A DNA stretch of 64,000 bases from Verrucomicrobiia bacterium. GTDB lineage: Bacteria; Verrucomicrobiota; Verrucomicrobiia; Limisphaerales; UBA8199. Below are positions 16,551-26,836 of this stretch, piece after piece. The notes beneath the pieces are model-generated. The model was not told the origin of the DNA. It saw only the letters and a program-made list of their open reading frames with translations, and did not search any database. Each line of letters opens with the position of its first letter. Position 1 is the first letter of the stretch. The stretch covers positions 412 to 64,411 of the forward strand of contig DATDCV010000050.1 of assembly GCA_036524155.1 (NCBI GenBank), written 5' to 3'. The translations under genes were made by a program, and so were the position numbers.

Positions 16551-17385
16551 ACTATGGCCGGTCAGTTCCATGAACGCCGTGAGCGCACTCACAGAAAACA
16601 TGGCGAACCTCGCAACCTTTTCGGCGCATTATGGAAGGAATGGAAACATGCTTTGAGTTGAAAGCCAGAGATTACCCTGCGGAGGACGCATGAAAGGCTG
16701 GGCATGGCTGCTTCCTTGCTGGGTTTGGAAGTACTTCTTTGCGCAGTTCCATAGAGAGAGAGTGCTGGTGGATGGGCACAGGCGCTTCCTGATACGGTTG
16801 GACGAAGAGTTCGCGTTACTTTACCACCCTCAGGGGGCCGCCAAACTCGGTGGATCAGAGAACGATCTTTCGGCTCGATTGACTCATGAACTGAAAACCT
16901 CAACACGCACAAATGGCCTTTTGCGCCAGCGTCGTAGAATATGCGAAATCGCAGCCATCATGCCAGGGCAAGGCGATGCGCCGGTGACATGAGCTCAAGA
17001 ACACAGATTTCGAAAGCGCACGTGCCCGCCGCGTGCGACGCTTCCCCTCCGGGCGGGAAGCAACGGAATGACACAAGAAGCCAGGCATTTCATAACCTGG
17101 TCAATCGCACCGACGTGCGCTTTCGATCCGATTCGTGGCTTATCTCAAACGCCAATTGTGCAATCAGATCTGGCTTAGAAGGCAGCGACCGTTCGCATTG
17201 GGAAATGCTCGCACTCTGGATATTTGTCGTGTTCAGTTTCGCTGCCCTCGTATTCGCCGGTTACCTCGTGTGGGCCAAATGTGCCGACCCTTCACCTATT
17301 TAAACAGCTCTGGTGCCAGCCAAGCGCTCTCGCGCTCCCGGCTTTCAACAAGGCACGCGAGCGACATTCTCGGGAACAACCCACC

Positions 17386-18375
17386 ATGAGAGCGCGCAAT
17401 TCCGTTTATCGATGCTTTCTTCATTCCGCTGCCGTGGGCTTGCTAGCCCTCGCACCCGGGCCGGCGGCGGGCCAGTTAACCCCCGAGCAGATCGCCGAGT
17501 ACCGGAGCGGGCTGGGCAGGCGAGTCGAGGCGCTCACGGTTCTGGGGGGAGACTACGGAGCTTCGGGCGCCTCCTTCAGCACTTCCGGCGGCCCCGAACA
17601 CACGGATCTGAACCTGTCCAAGTTCGGTGGCGCCGGCGATGTCGGGGACCCAAAGCCGTTGGGCCTGCTGGGGCTTGGCTGGCAGCCCGTGCTGCAAGGC
17701 GAGATGGGTTATGCCGACGCCAAGACCGACTTCACAACTGGAATCCTGACTGGCGATACCAGCGAAAACAAGACCTTCGCCATTGAGTTTGGCGGCGGGG
17801 CGCGCTTCTGGTTCAACGACCACCTGAGCCTGGCGCCCACCGTAATGGGAATGTACGGGCACACGGAAAACGATTACACAGCCCGCAATCCCGGCAGCAT
17901 AGGCCTTCTTCCCCAAGCCGAGGCCGCAGGACTGGTCAACTGGAACGCCGATACCTGGACCATTCGGCCCGCCGCCAACCTGAGGTACGTCCAGAGCTGG
18001 CGACGCACCGTCTTCACGCTCTCCTCGGAATTTGCGTACTTCCACACTGAAAGCTTCCACACGTCCAACCCGAACCTGCGCATCAACGGCGATTCGGAGG
18101 CCTGGAAGAACATGCTGGACGTGGATATCCCGCTGGGGAAGCAACTCTTCGGGCACGAATTGCGCACCGGCGGTTTTTTCAGCCGCACCGATCTTTATGG
18201 GGACCTCAAGACCGGCCTGAACGCCGACCACGTGAATGAAATTCATGGCCGCCTGGTGTTGGATTTCCTTGGCAAACTATGGAAGGTCAAGTGGATTGGC
18301 CTGGGCGGTTCTTACCTTTGGGGCCCCAATTTTGACGGCTGGAGCGTCGGGGCCGACGTCGAGTTCAAGTTCTAA
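17386..18375 (+). CDS. outer-membrane beta-barrel protein (solitary autotransporter-beta-like)
   Basis: Has the signal peptide MRARNSVYRCFLHSAAVGLLALAPGPAAG, alternating beta-strand segments, and a C-terminus VGADVEFKF. Confidence 0.6.
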   Translation: MRARNSVYRCFLHSAAVGLLALAPGPAAGQLTPEQIAEYRSGLGRRVEALTVLGGDYGASGASFSTSGGPEHTDLNLSKFGGAGDVGDPKPLGLLGLGWQPVLQGEMGYADAKTDFTTGILTGDTSENKTFAIEFGGGARFWFNDHLSLAPTVMGMYGHTENDYTARNPGSIGLLPQAEAAGLVNWNADTWTIRPAANLRYVQSWRRTVFTLSSEFAYFHTESFHTSNPNLRINGDSEAWKNMLDVDIPLGKQLFGHELRTGGFFSRTDLYGDLKTGLNADHVNEIHGRLVLDFLGKLWKVKWIGLGGSYLWGPNFDGWSVGADVEFKF

Positions 18376-18411
18376 ATCGTCCAGTACAGGACGTGTCAGG
18401 TGGACCAGATT

Positions 18412-19014
18412 ATGAAAACCAACCCAATAAAGCATTTGGCTGCGACGTTCGTCCCCGCAGCGTTGCTGGCAATAACCGGGTGTAGAACCCCGCCGAACCC
18501 GCTGGCGGCTCAAACCACCCCAGCGCTTACGGGCGGCAGGACTGTCGTCGAGACCTCCCATAGAAAGGCGGTCGTGGCAGAGCTGGTGCCGGGAAAAAGC
18601 GAACTGGCCCTGCGCTCCTCGAGCGGCGCCACGATGCGATGCAAGATAGCCCCGCAGGTCGACAACCTGAACCAGATTCACGTCGGCGCCAGGGTGAACG
18701 TTACCCTGACTGATAGGGTAACCGTTTTCCTGTGCAAGAACGGCACGCCTCCCGGCCCGGGGACAGGAACCACAGTCACCACCGGCACGTCCCCCAGCGG
18801 CCAAGCGGCGAGCGTGGTGCTTCAAACCACGGATGCTCGAGCGAAGGTTCTCAACGTGGACCGCAGCTATCGCCTGCTCAAACTGGAATATGAGGATGGC
18901 CGCACGAAGGAATACAAGTTTTCGCTGCCCGACACACTGGAGAACATTCAAAAGGGGGATGAGGCCCTGGTCCGGACCACGGAACCTCTGGCGATCTGCC
19001 TGAAAACCAAGTGA
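18412..19014 (+). CDS. lipoprotein, function unknown
   Basis: MKTNPIKHLAATFVPAALLAITGC contains the lipobox LAITGC. It lies 36 nt downstream of the barrel gene. Confidence 0.65.
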   Translation: MKTNPIKHLAATFVPAALLAITGCRTPPNPLAAQTTPALTGGRTVVETSHRKAVVAELVPGKSELALRSSSGATMRCKIAPQVDNLNQIHVGARVNVTLTDRVTVFLCKNGTPPGPGTGTTVTTGTSPSGQAASVVLQTTDARAKVLNVDRSYRLLKLEYEDGRTKEYKFSLPDTLENIQKGDEALVRTTEPLAICLKTK

Positions 19015-19256
19015 TTCCGGTCACGGCATTGCTTACGGCGGTGACATATCCTCTCGAATGCTACTTGCCCGGCTTCAAGGACAAGTCAGCAACTCCAGTT
19101 GCCGACGTTTGCTCGGCATCAGTGCTCGGATTCGCCGGTTACCTCACTTGGGCCCAATGTGACGGCCCTCCGGCCTTCTAAACGACCGGTGGCCCAACTG
19201 ACGCCATCACGAACCGGCCTTGGCAGTGCCCGACCCCAGCGATAACCTTCACCCTG

Positions 19257-22200
19257 ATGATCTTGGACATCTCGAAAGGCGCGGCCCTGGTGCGGGCGAA
19301 CCTCTTTGTCCTGCTGATCCTTTCTTGGCTGCCCCTGAGCGCGGGTGCCCAGACTATAACTTTCTCCGCAGGAGTTCAAAAATATGCCTCGTTGACGAAT
19401 GTCACCGTTAACATGAGCGGCAGGTGCGAGCTGTGGGTGACGAATGCCTCGACCCCGCTCTCTGGCTGCACGATCAATTTGAATTCCTCCGATGCATGGC
19501 TGTTTCTGCCAGCCGTCGAACCCTCGATAGCCGCTTCCTCGTATCTGGCTCAAGTGAAGGTGAGCGGCGCGTCAGCCATGGCTGACGCCAACGCGCGCGT
19601 CGTGCAATACGGACAAGCAGGGGCGATCGTCATTCCTCAAGCTCCGTCCTTTCAGCCATTGACGGTTTTCAGCCAACCTCAGTTTGGGGGCACCTCTACG
19701 GCGTACAGCCAGTGGACTTACTACACGGGCACCGGGTACGCCAACGTCAGTTCGTTCAAGTTGAAACGCGGCTACCAGGTTGTCCTCGCGCAATCTGCGA
19801 ACGGTGCGAACTACAGCAAATGCTACGTCGCGCAGGACGGGGACCTGGAAATCGGCGTGCTGCCGGCCACTTTGGACAAGCAAGTGCAGTTCATTTACGT
19901 TACGCCCCGGCGTTGGACACCCAAGAAAGGCACCGCCGGCGACCCTGGACTCAGCCTGCTGAACCTGGGCTGGTGGTATAACTGGAACATCAGTTCAAGC
20001 TCCTCGCGGGACTTGGAATACATCGCAATCCGGCAGACTCAGTATTGGCCCGGGCTCGGGCAGAATTGGCGCGGGCTGGGAATCAACACCCTGCTCGGTT
20101 ACAACGAGCCCGACAATTCTAGCCAGGCAAATCTGCCCGTGAGCACTGCGATTTCCGCCTGGGGCGATTTGCTCGCGACCGGTTTGCGCGTCGGGTCGCC
20201 AGCCACCACGGATGGCGGACGGTATAGCTGGCTGTATCCCTTTGTCCAACAAGCCGACGCTGCTGGTTTGCGGGTCGATTTCGTGGCGGTGCATTATTAC
20301 TGGGGGGCAAATCCCGCCGATCCGGCGGGCGCGGCATCCCAAATGTATAATTTCCTCGAGGACATTTGGAATAATACTCATCGCCCGATTTGGGTCACAG
20401 AATGGAACAACGGCGCCAACTGGACGGACAACAATCCGTGGCCGCCGCCGACGTATGCCCAGCAGCAGGCCTGCATCTCCGCCATGACTGACATGTTGGA
20501 AAACGCGCCGTTCGTGGAACGGTACGCCATTTACAACTGGGTGGAGGACGTTCGGGCCGTGACGACCAATGGTGTCCTGACGAGCGCTGGCACGACCTAT
20601 CGAGACAAGGTTTCCGGCCTCTCCTGCCTGCAGGCCATGCCCGACAATGGGACGCGGTCTATTGCCCGATTTGTTTTCGCCACCAACACCTGGGACAGCT
20701 CCGGGTATTACAACAACGGCATGGCGGTGGGCGCGCCGTCTTACACCACCGGACACACCGGCCAGGCACAGGCAATAATACTGGACGGGGCAAACAGTTA
20801 CGTGCAACTGCCGGCCAACATCGCCAGGGGTAGCGCCTTCACTTTCGCGGCCTGGGTCAATTGGAATGGTGGCGGCAATTGGCAGCGCATTTTTGATTTT
20901 GGCAACGACACGTCGCACTACCTCTTCCTGACCCCGCGTTCGGGGAACGGCACGTTGCGCTTCGCGATCAACAACGGCAACGGCGAGCAAATCCTCGAAC
21001 GGGCTGCCACGTTATCCACTGGTTCGTGGCAGCATGTTGCCGTCACTCTCAATGGCAACACCGCAGTTCTTTACGTCAACGGTGCGCAGTCCGGCGCGTC
21101 AACGGGTTTCTCGATTGCGCCCTCGGCTTTTAGTCCGACCAGGAACTATCTCGGTAAGAGCCAATTCCCCGACCCACTGTTCAATGGCAGCCTCGAAGCG
21201 GTGGAAATTGCGGATTACGCCATGAGTCCCGCCCAAATCTCAATGCTGTACAGCAGCCTGCTCTACCCGACCTACGCCAGCGGCGTCTGGACGAATGACG
21301 CCAGTGGCACATGGGGCGACACCAACAACTGGAGCGGCGGGTTGATCGCCAACGGAGTTAGTCGCTTTGCGGATTTCAGCACGATCGACATCACCGCGGA
21401 TCGAACCGTGACACTCGATAACGCGCGAACGATTGGCGGATTGAGGTTCGGCGACACCGTCGGCTCGCAGAATTGGACGTTGGCCGGGGCAAACACTCTG
21501 ACGCTCGATGGCGGCTCCCCCAACGTGCCGACGATCGCCGTCAAGCAGAACACGGCGACAATCTCCACGCCCTTAGCAGGTACCTACGGTTTCACCAAGA
21601 CCGGCAATGGCATACTCGCCGTGAACGGGGTGAACGTGGTTGGCGGGGGGCTTAAGGTCAATGCAGGCTCCGTGAACATCACCGGCGGCTCCACCACTTT
21701 TGGGAGCGGTGTTTCTATCGTTGGTTATCGCACTGGAAGCGGCAATCTGGCACTGACAGGTGGCACTCTGGCCATAGGTGGAGAGCTCCAGGTCGGCGGA
21801 TCAGACCAGAACGGAACCCAATACAACGCCACAGGCACCGCCACCCTGTCCGATTCGGCCCTGCGGGTGGGGTCTCTTACTTTGGCTCGAGGGAACTACC
21901 TTGACAATTCAGTGTCGGGCACCCTCATCTTGAACAGCGGCAGCACCGTCATATGCACGAACGACGTGATACTGCAGTTTGCCGGCAGCGGTCTGGGCAG
22001 GTTGGCGCTAAACGGAGGAGATTTGATCGTCGGTCCCAATGCCGCTAAGTGGCTTATGATTGGCTATTGGGACAACGGTTCGGGCGAATTGGATATCACT
22101 AATGGAAATCTGCTCCTTGAGAATGGAACATCGGTTAAGATGTCCCGCGGCAACAATCACACGGGCCCCAACCTGGTTAACCAGCTTGGCGGCGCGGTGA

Positions 22201-23315
22201 CGTTTTACAGCGATGCTGGCATAGCCGTCGGTGGAGCCGGCAACCTTGACTTAAATTATGCAGGCGGGGCGAACAGCAGCAGCACCTACAACTTGAATGG
22301 TGGCACGTTGACGGTACCGCAAATTATAGCCTCATCACCCAGTGGCACACGGATCTTCAACTTTAACGGAGGCGTCCTGAAAGCCGCAGGCAACAATGCC
22401 AGCTTCATGGCCTCCGGTGTAACCAGTGCTGCCAACGTGCGCAACGGCGGCGCGATCATTGATACTGCGGGATTCAATGTCACCATCGGCCAGGCGATGC
22501 AACATCCCCTCGGTGGGGACAACGCGATAGACGGCGGGTTGACCAAGATAGGGAACGGCACGGTGAGGCTGACTGGCGCGAGTACCTACACCGGCCCGAC
22601 GACAATAAGCGGCGGCACCCTGGCCTTGAGCAGCGGCGGCGCCATACGCACTTCTGCAAGCATCAACGTCTCGGCCGGAACAACTTTCGATGTTTCGGGG
22701 GCAAGCTATAACCTGGGGACGGCGCAAACGCTCACAGGCGCTGGCACGGTCAATGGTCTGGCGATCATCAACGGGGTGGTAGCCCCCGGGCCTTCGCTCG
22801 CGACCTTGACCTTTTCGACCGCCCCGATTCTGAATGGAACAACACTGATGGAACTGAACCGCACAAATGGGCCCAATTCGGACCGCTTTATGGTTAGCAG
22901 CGGCACGCTCAGCTACGGCGGGGCGCTAATCGTGACCAACATTGGTCCGGAATTACAGGGCGGCGACAGTTTTCAGTTGTTCCAGGCTGGGGTCATCGCA
23001 GGCTCATTCACGTCCTTAAACCTGCCCGCGCTTAGTGCTGACCTGGCCTGGGACACAAACAGCTTGAGCCGTGGCGTCTTGCGCGTAGTTCAGACTGTGT
23101 CCCCGAGCGTCTCGTATGCAAACGGCCACGACACCTTGATGCTTTTCTGGCCATCGGATCACACTGGATGGAGATTGCAGGCGCAGACGAACAGCCTTGC
23201 TACAGGTTTAGGCACCAACTGGTTCGACGTGCCGGATTCGGCTGCGACGAACAGCTTGACCCTGCCGATCGACGCGAACAACGACAGCGTCTTCTACCGC
23301 CTGACCTACCCTTGA
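19257..23315 (+). CDS. large secreted multidomain protein: glycosyl-hydrolase catalytic core, LamG/concanavalin-like domain, autotransporter-associated (PATR) beta-strand repeats
   Basis: Has a signal peptide, then WWYNWN...LGYNEPD (Glyco_hydro_cc-like). Next is LDGANSYVQLP...FTFAAWVNWNGGGNWQRIFDFGND...LYVNG (Laminin_G_3-like). Multiple G-x-L-x-L-x-G-x-x-TYTG-x-T-x-I-x-x-GTL repeats follow (e.g. GTVRLTGASTYTGPTTISGGTLAL). The tail is NWFDVP...FYRLTYP. Confidence 0.85.
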   Translation: MILDISKGAALVRANLFVLLILSWLPLSAGAQTITFSAGVQKYASLTNVTVNMSGRCELWVTNASTPLSGCTINLNSSDAWLFLPAVEPSIAASSYLAQVKVSGASAMADANARVVQYGQAGAIVIPQAPSFQPLTVFSQPQFGGTSTAYSQWTYYTGTGYANVSSFKLKRGYQVVLAQSANGANYSKCYVAQDGDLEIGVLPATLDKQVQFIYVTPRRWTPKKGTAGDPGLSLLNLGWWYNWNISSSSSRDLEYIAIRQTQYWPGLGQNWRGLGINTLLGYNEPDNSSQANLPVSTAISAWGDLLATGLRVGSPATTDGGRYSWLYPFVQQADAAGLRVDFVAVHYYWGANPADPAGAASQMYNFLEDIWNNTHRPIWVTEWNNGANWTDNNPWPPPTYAQQQACISAMTDMLENAPFVERYAIYNWVEDVRAVTTNGVLTSAGTTYRDKVSGLSCLQAMPDNGTRSIARFVFATNTWDSSGYYNNGMAVGAPSYTTGHTGQAQAIILDGANSYVQLPANIARGSAFTFAAWVNWNGGGNWQRIFDFGNDTSHYLFLTPRSGNGTLRFAINNGNGEQILERAATLSTGSWQHVAVTLNGNTAVLYVNGAQSGASTGFSIAPSAFSPTRNYLGKSQFPDPLFNGSLEAVEIADYAMSPAQISMLYSSLLYPTYASGVWTNDASGTWGDTNNWSGGLIANGVSRFADFSTIDITADRTVTLDNARTIGGLRFGDTVGSQNWTLAGANTLTLDGGSPNVPTIAVKQNTATISTPLAGTYGFTKTGNGILAVNGVNVVGGGLKVNAGSVNITGGSTTFGSGVSIVGYRTGSGNLALTGGTLAIGGELQVGGSDQNGTQYNATGTATLSDSALRVGSLTLARGNYLDNSVSGTLILNSGSTVICTNDVILQFAGSGLGRLALNGGDLIVGPNAAKWLMIGYWDNGSGELDITNGNLLLENGTSVKMSRGNNHTGPNLVNQLGGAVTFYSDAGIAVGGAGNLDLNYAGGANSSSTYNLNGGTLTVPQIIASSPSGTRIFNFNGGVLKAAGNNASFMASGVTSAANVRNGGAIIDTAGFNVTIGQAMQHPLGGDNAIDGGLTKIGNGTVRLTGASTYTGPTTISGGTLALSSGGAIRTSASINVSAGTTFDVSGASYNLGTAQTLTGAGTVNGLAIINGVVAPGPSLATLTFSTAPILNGTTLMELNRTNGPNSDRFMVSSGTLSYGGALIVTNIGPELQGGDSFQLFQAGVIAGSFTSLNLPALSADLAWDTNSLSRGVLRVVQTVSPSVSYANGHDTLMLFWPSDHTGWRLQAQTNSLATGLGTNWFDVPDSAATNSLTLPIDANNDSVFYRLTYP

Positions 23316-24475
23316 CTCGGAATAACTGCCGCGTCCAAGGTCTGTTCGGCAGTGGTGGAGTTGGTGGCGTCGGGCTTTGGGCAATCCCGGCTGCGAGGTC
23401 CCAACTTGGGCTCACCGAAACGTGTAGAACAGATTTTCAAGAGAGCGCTCGTCGTCGTAAGGATGACCGGGCCCAGCACAAGTCCCGTCCAGCCAAAGAA
23501 GACCAATCCGCCAACGAGCGAGACGAAGATGCTTTCGGAGGGGACCTTTAGTCGGTCTTTCACCAGGACCGGATAAAGGAAATTCTCTATCGCACGAACC
23601 AGGAGACTGCCCAGCGCAGCCACCACGAGAGCCTCTACCCACCTGCCCTCCAGGCCGAGATAGACTGCGGCCGGCAGCCAAAGGACAAACGTATCGATCA
23701 CCGGCACAAAGGAGAATATCGCCGCAACCAGCGCCCAGAACCAGGGCACAGGAAGGCCAAGCGCCCAGAACATCAGCCCACCCAAGATACCTTGGAGTGC
23801 CGAGAGGGCCAGCATGCCGCGCAAGATTGCATGGATCGTATCATTGACCCGGCGAAAAAGCGTGTCGGTTTCGCTGTCGCTCAAGGGCAAGAATGAGCGA
23901 ATGGCTTGAACGACGCGCACGCGGTCGCGCAGAAAATAGAACAAGAAATACAACGTCAGGGAAACCTGAACGGCGGCCATGGCGGATTCCTTTACCAGCC
24001 TCGAGAGCATGGTCTTCAACCAGGCCGCGGCCCTTGAGGCGTTTTCCGGTGAACTAGCCTCCCGCTCCACCCAATCGACAATGTGAGCAAGTTGCGGATG
24101 ATGTTCGCCGCTCATGTGCCACTTCCCGGCGGCGATTTGTTTATGGATGCGGTCCGGTACCGAAGTGGCTTGGTCCGCAATCTTCTGGGCAAACCAGGTG
24201 GCCGGGACCACAACGAGAAGCCCGATCATAATGAGGGAAAACGCGGCCGCGAGACTTGGCCTGCGCACCTTTGCCTCAAACCATCGCTGCAGGGGAGTGA
24301 AGATTAACGCCAGCGCGCCAGCCCAGACCAGGGACGGGATGCAAGGCTGGGCCAGGCGGTAGCACAGGTAGATGCCCACCACCGCAAGCAGCGCCAGCGT
24401 AATCGCTCGAACGCGAGCGCGAGGCCAACCACTATTACCGTTATGAGAGGTTTCGTTTGAACTTATCTCTTTCAT
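23306..24475 (-). CDS. AI-2E family transporter (PerM/UPF0118)
   Basis: Has about 8 TM segments with the family's usual layout. Starts at MKEISS (24475). Its 3' end overlaps the convergent gene by 10 nt. Confidence 0.8.
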   Translation of the reverse strand: MKEISSNETSHNGNSGWPRARVRAITLALLAVVGIYLCYRLAQPCIPSLVWAGALALIFTPLQRWFEAKVRRPSLAAAFSLIMIGLLVVVPATWFAQKIADQATSVPDRIHKQIAAGKWHMSGEHHPQLAHIVDWVEREASSPENASRAAAWLKTMLSRLVKESAMAAVQVSLTLYFLFYFLRDRVRVVQAIRSFLPLSDSETDTLFRRVNDTIHAILRGMLALSALQGILGGLMFWALGLPVPWFWALVAAIFSFVPVIDTFVLWLPAAVYLGLEGRWVEALVVAALGSLLVRAIENFLYPVLVKDRLKVPSESIFVSLVGGLVFFGWTGLVLGPVILTTTSALLKICSTRFGEPKLGPRSRDCPKPDATNSTTAEQTLDAAVIPSQG

Positions 24476-24762
24476 CTTGAGCCAATGACCAGGCGTGACC
24501 TCGAATTTACGATTAGCAGCAGGCCGCCATCGAAAATACACACATGTTCTGTGCCATATTCCGGTAATGCGCTGTTTGCCTTGCAGGTGCGCCATTTATG
24601 CAGATTCCCGGTTCGCAATTCTCCCCTCGTGCCTGCACGGATTTTCGTGCGTTCTAAAAATCGAACCCCTCGCCAACCACGTCGCTGGCCTGCAAGTCAC
24701 TGGAAAGCTGTATGTTCTGCGGCGCTATTGGTCTTGGCACGTATCCTGATTATGAGCGCTTA

Positions 24763-25323
24763 ATGGCGTACTTCATAAAGCCGCTTGAAGAAGAACGATG
24801 CGTGTTGTTGTCCTATGATGGCGAGATGCCGCCCCGGGATATCGCTGCGGCCCGATATGAAGCGCATGGAGTGCTTAATGCCCGGCGCTGGAGCCGAATG
24901 ATGGTGGACCTTACCCGGTTGCGCTTTGTCCCCACATCAGCGCAACTTTTCGACTTCGCCAAGGGATTTGCCGGCCAGGTTCCCCCTGATGCCCGCGTCG
25001 CCCTGGTAGTTCACCCTGAGCAAGTTCGGGACGCCAACCTTGTTGAAAAGGTAGCCAGAAAAGACGGCGTGTTTTTGTCCTATTTTGTCGATCCGGGAAA
25101 GGCGGCGCTCTGGATGCAACGCTCTCAGCCGTTGCGACGGAACCTCGCTCGGGGACCTCTGGTTGAAGAAAGCAACGCGTCTAAACCTATCCGACTCTCC
25201 ACGCAGGCACAGGATCCTGAACTCCGTGCACCCCATCACCATTGTAATTTTTTCGACCGCCGCTGCGCCGCGGCTTCCGATATAACAGGCGGAGCGCGAC
25301 CCGTGGCGATTGCCGAAACGTAG
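24763..25323 (+). CDS. hypothetical protein
   Basis: Starts at MAYFIKPLEEE. The ORF has plausible composition. No family was recognised. Confidence 0.5.
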   Translation: MAYFIKPLEEERCVLLSYDGEMPPRDIAAARYEAHGVLNARRWSRMMVDLTRLRFVPTSAQLFDFAKGFAGQVPPDARVALVVHPEQVRDANLVEKVARKDGVFLSYFVDPGKAALWMQRSQPLRRNLARGPLVEESNASKPIRLSTQAQDPELRAPHHHCNFFDRRCAAASDITGGARPVAIAET

Positions 25324-25351
25324 ATACAAACCACAGTAAAACCAAAAAGCT

Positions 25352-25579
25352 ATGGATACCTTGATAACCGAAGACAACGAAAAGACGAACATTCGAGCGA
25401 AATTGGAAGACGCGATCGAGAAGGCCAAAGGCGCGTGCCAGCGCTTGGAAGAAAAGACCGTCGCGGCAGCCAAGACGGCAGACAAAGCAGTTCGCGCCCA
25501 TCCATACCCAGCCATGGGAATTGCCTTTTGCGTGGGCCTCTTGGTCGGCGTGCTTGCCATGAGGAGCCGCCGCGATTGA
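25352..25579 (+). CDS. DUF883 (ElaB/YqjD/YgaM) family membrane-anchored protein
   Basis: 75 aa. A helical N-terminus is followed by HPYPAMGIAFCVGLLVGVLAMRSRR, the typical C-terminal TM anchor of this family. Confidence 0.8.
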   Translation: MDTLITEDNEKTNIRAKLEDAIEKAKGACQRLEEKTVAAAKTADKAVRAHPYPAMGIAFCVGLLVGVLAMRSRRD

Positions 25580-26301
25580 GATCCATCGGAGATGTCTCGG
25601 TGCCGTTCCGGCTCGCGGACGGCACCGGTGTGATCCTGCGGCCGATTGCCCCGAGTGATCGTGAGTATATCAGAACGGGCTTTCGTTCGATGTCGCCTCT
25701 ATCACGAAATCGCAGGTTCTTTGCATACTCACCCGGGCTGTCAGACGCGCAGTTGTCTTACCTGACCGAAGTGGATCAGATCAATCACGTCGCGTGGGTG
25801 GCAGTAGCCGGCTTGCAGACCCCCGCTCCAGGCCTGGGCGTAGCCCGATTCGTTCGGATGGGAGAGCAGACTGCAATTGCAGAGTTCTCTTTTGCCGTCA
25901 TCGATGCGATGCAACGCAAGGGACTGGGGCGGGCCCTATTGACCATGCTCTATCTTTCCGCTGCGGAAAGAGGAGTTCGGATTCTGAGGGCGGTCTGCTT
26001 GCCCGAGAATCAAAGTGTCGTGAACTGGCTTTGTCGCCTCGGCGCGGAAGAAAGAGGCTGCTCGCAGGAAACCGTCGAATTGGATTTGCATGTTGAGGAA
26101 ATCTCCAATTTTTCAGCTACGCGCGGCAGCACTGCCGACCGGTTCGCAAGAAGCTTGGATTATCTAGGGCGGGCGCTGGCTGAAGCACGGGCGAAGCCGC
26201 GCTCACGTTCCGACAATGAATATGCAGGCCATGACGAGCCCGCCAGGCATTCCACCTGCAACCAGCAGCGAAGTATTCCGAAACATGAAACAACACCATA
26301 A
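25576..26301 (+). CDS. GNAT family N-acetyltransferase
   Basis: ILRPIAPSDREYI...FAVIDAMQRKGLGRALL (acetyl-CoA Q/R-x-x-G-x-G/A motif). The TTG start at 25576 overlaps the DUF883 stop (TTGA). An alternative GTG is at 25600. Confidence 0.75.
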   Translation: MRSIGDVSVPFRLADGTGVILRPIAPSDREYIRTGFRSMSPLSRNRRFFAYSPGLSDAQLSYLTEVDQINHVAWVAVAGLQTPAPGLGVARFVRMGEQTAIAEFSFAVIDAMQRKGLGRALLTMLYLSAAERGVRILRAVCLPENQSVVNWLCRLGAEERGCSQETVELDLHVEEISNFSATRGSTADRFARSLDYLGRALAEARAKPRSRSDNEYAGHDEPARHSTCNQQRSIPKHETTP

Positions 26302-26590
26302 TGTGTCGAGTTCGGTAGCCGTCCGTGTTTGTCCGCTTTGCGGGCGAATCCTTGCCCACTGGCGGTTACACAAGCACATCCGTTCAGAGCACTGGCGGAT
26401 GCGTAATGAGATCAAGGCTGAGATCCGGAAGGAACATCCTGATTGGATCGAACAGGACGGTGCGTGCCAGCGCTGTTGGGAATCATATCGGGGTGTTGTG
26501 CGCGTTGTTAGATTCATAAATAAATTCAAGTTTCCAAAGCGCTGGAGGAGGCTAGTCGAGGTGGCGGGCGATCAATGTAATGGGGATTAA
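26285..26590 (+). CDS. small zinc-finger-like protein
   Basis: CPLCGRILAHWRLHKHIRSEH has C-x2-C-x11-H-x4-H spacing, and a later CQRC is present. The start at MKQHH (26285) is uncertain. Confidence 0.45.
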   Translation: MKQHHNVSSSVAVRVCPLCGRILAHWRLHKHIRSEHWRMRNEIKAEIRKEHPDWIEQDGACQRCWESYRGVVRVVRFINKFKFPKRWRRLVEVAGDQCNGD

Positions 26591-26836
26591 AGAAAGGCAT
26601 ATTCCGCTAACCGGAAGCGTGGATGGTGCGATAGGGCACCCCCGGAGAGGACACCGGAGTCGGAGCCTGGCTCCATTCCGCGCTGGAGGCCATAACCAGG
26701 GCGGTCAAATAAATGAGGGAAACAGAGGCCGGTAGAAAACTGCACGTAGGTTCTTGTTTGCTGTTCTTTTATCTGAAGGGATAATTGCTTCTGCGCACCA
26801 CCAGCCCGCGCTGGCCGTTGCCGGCGATCCCATGAG

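Noticed and set aside
16551-17204. ORFs 16690..16992 (+), 16589..16912 (-) and the N-terminal two-thirds of 16941..17303 (+).
   Set aside because: They overlap one another, their composition is odd (Arg/Cys/His-rich), and no family signal was seen. The region may be regulatory or hold a decayed gene. Only the terminal hydrophobic mini-ORF is discussed.
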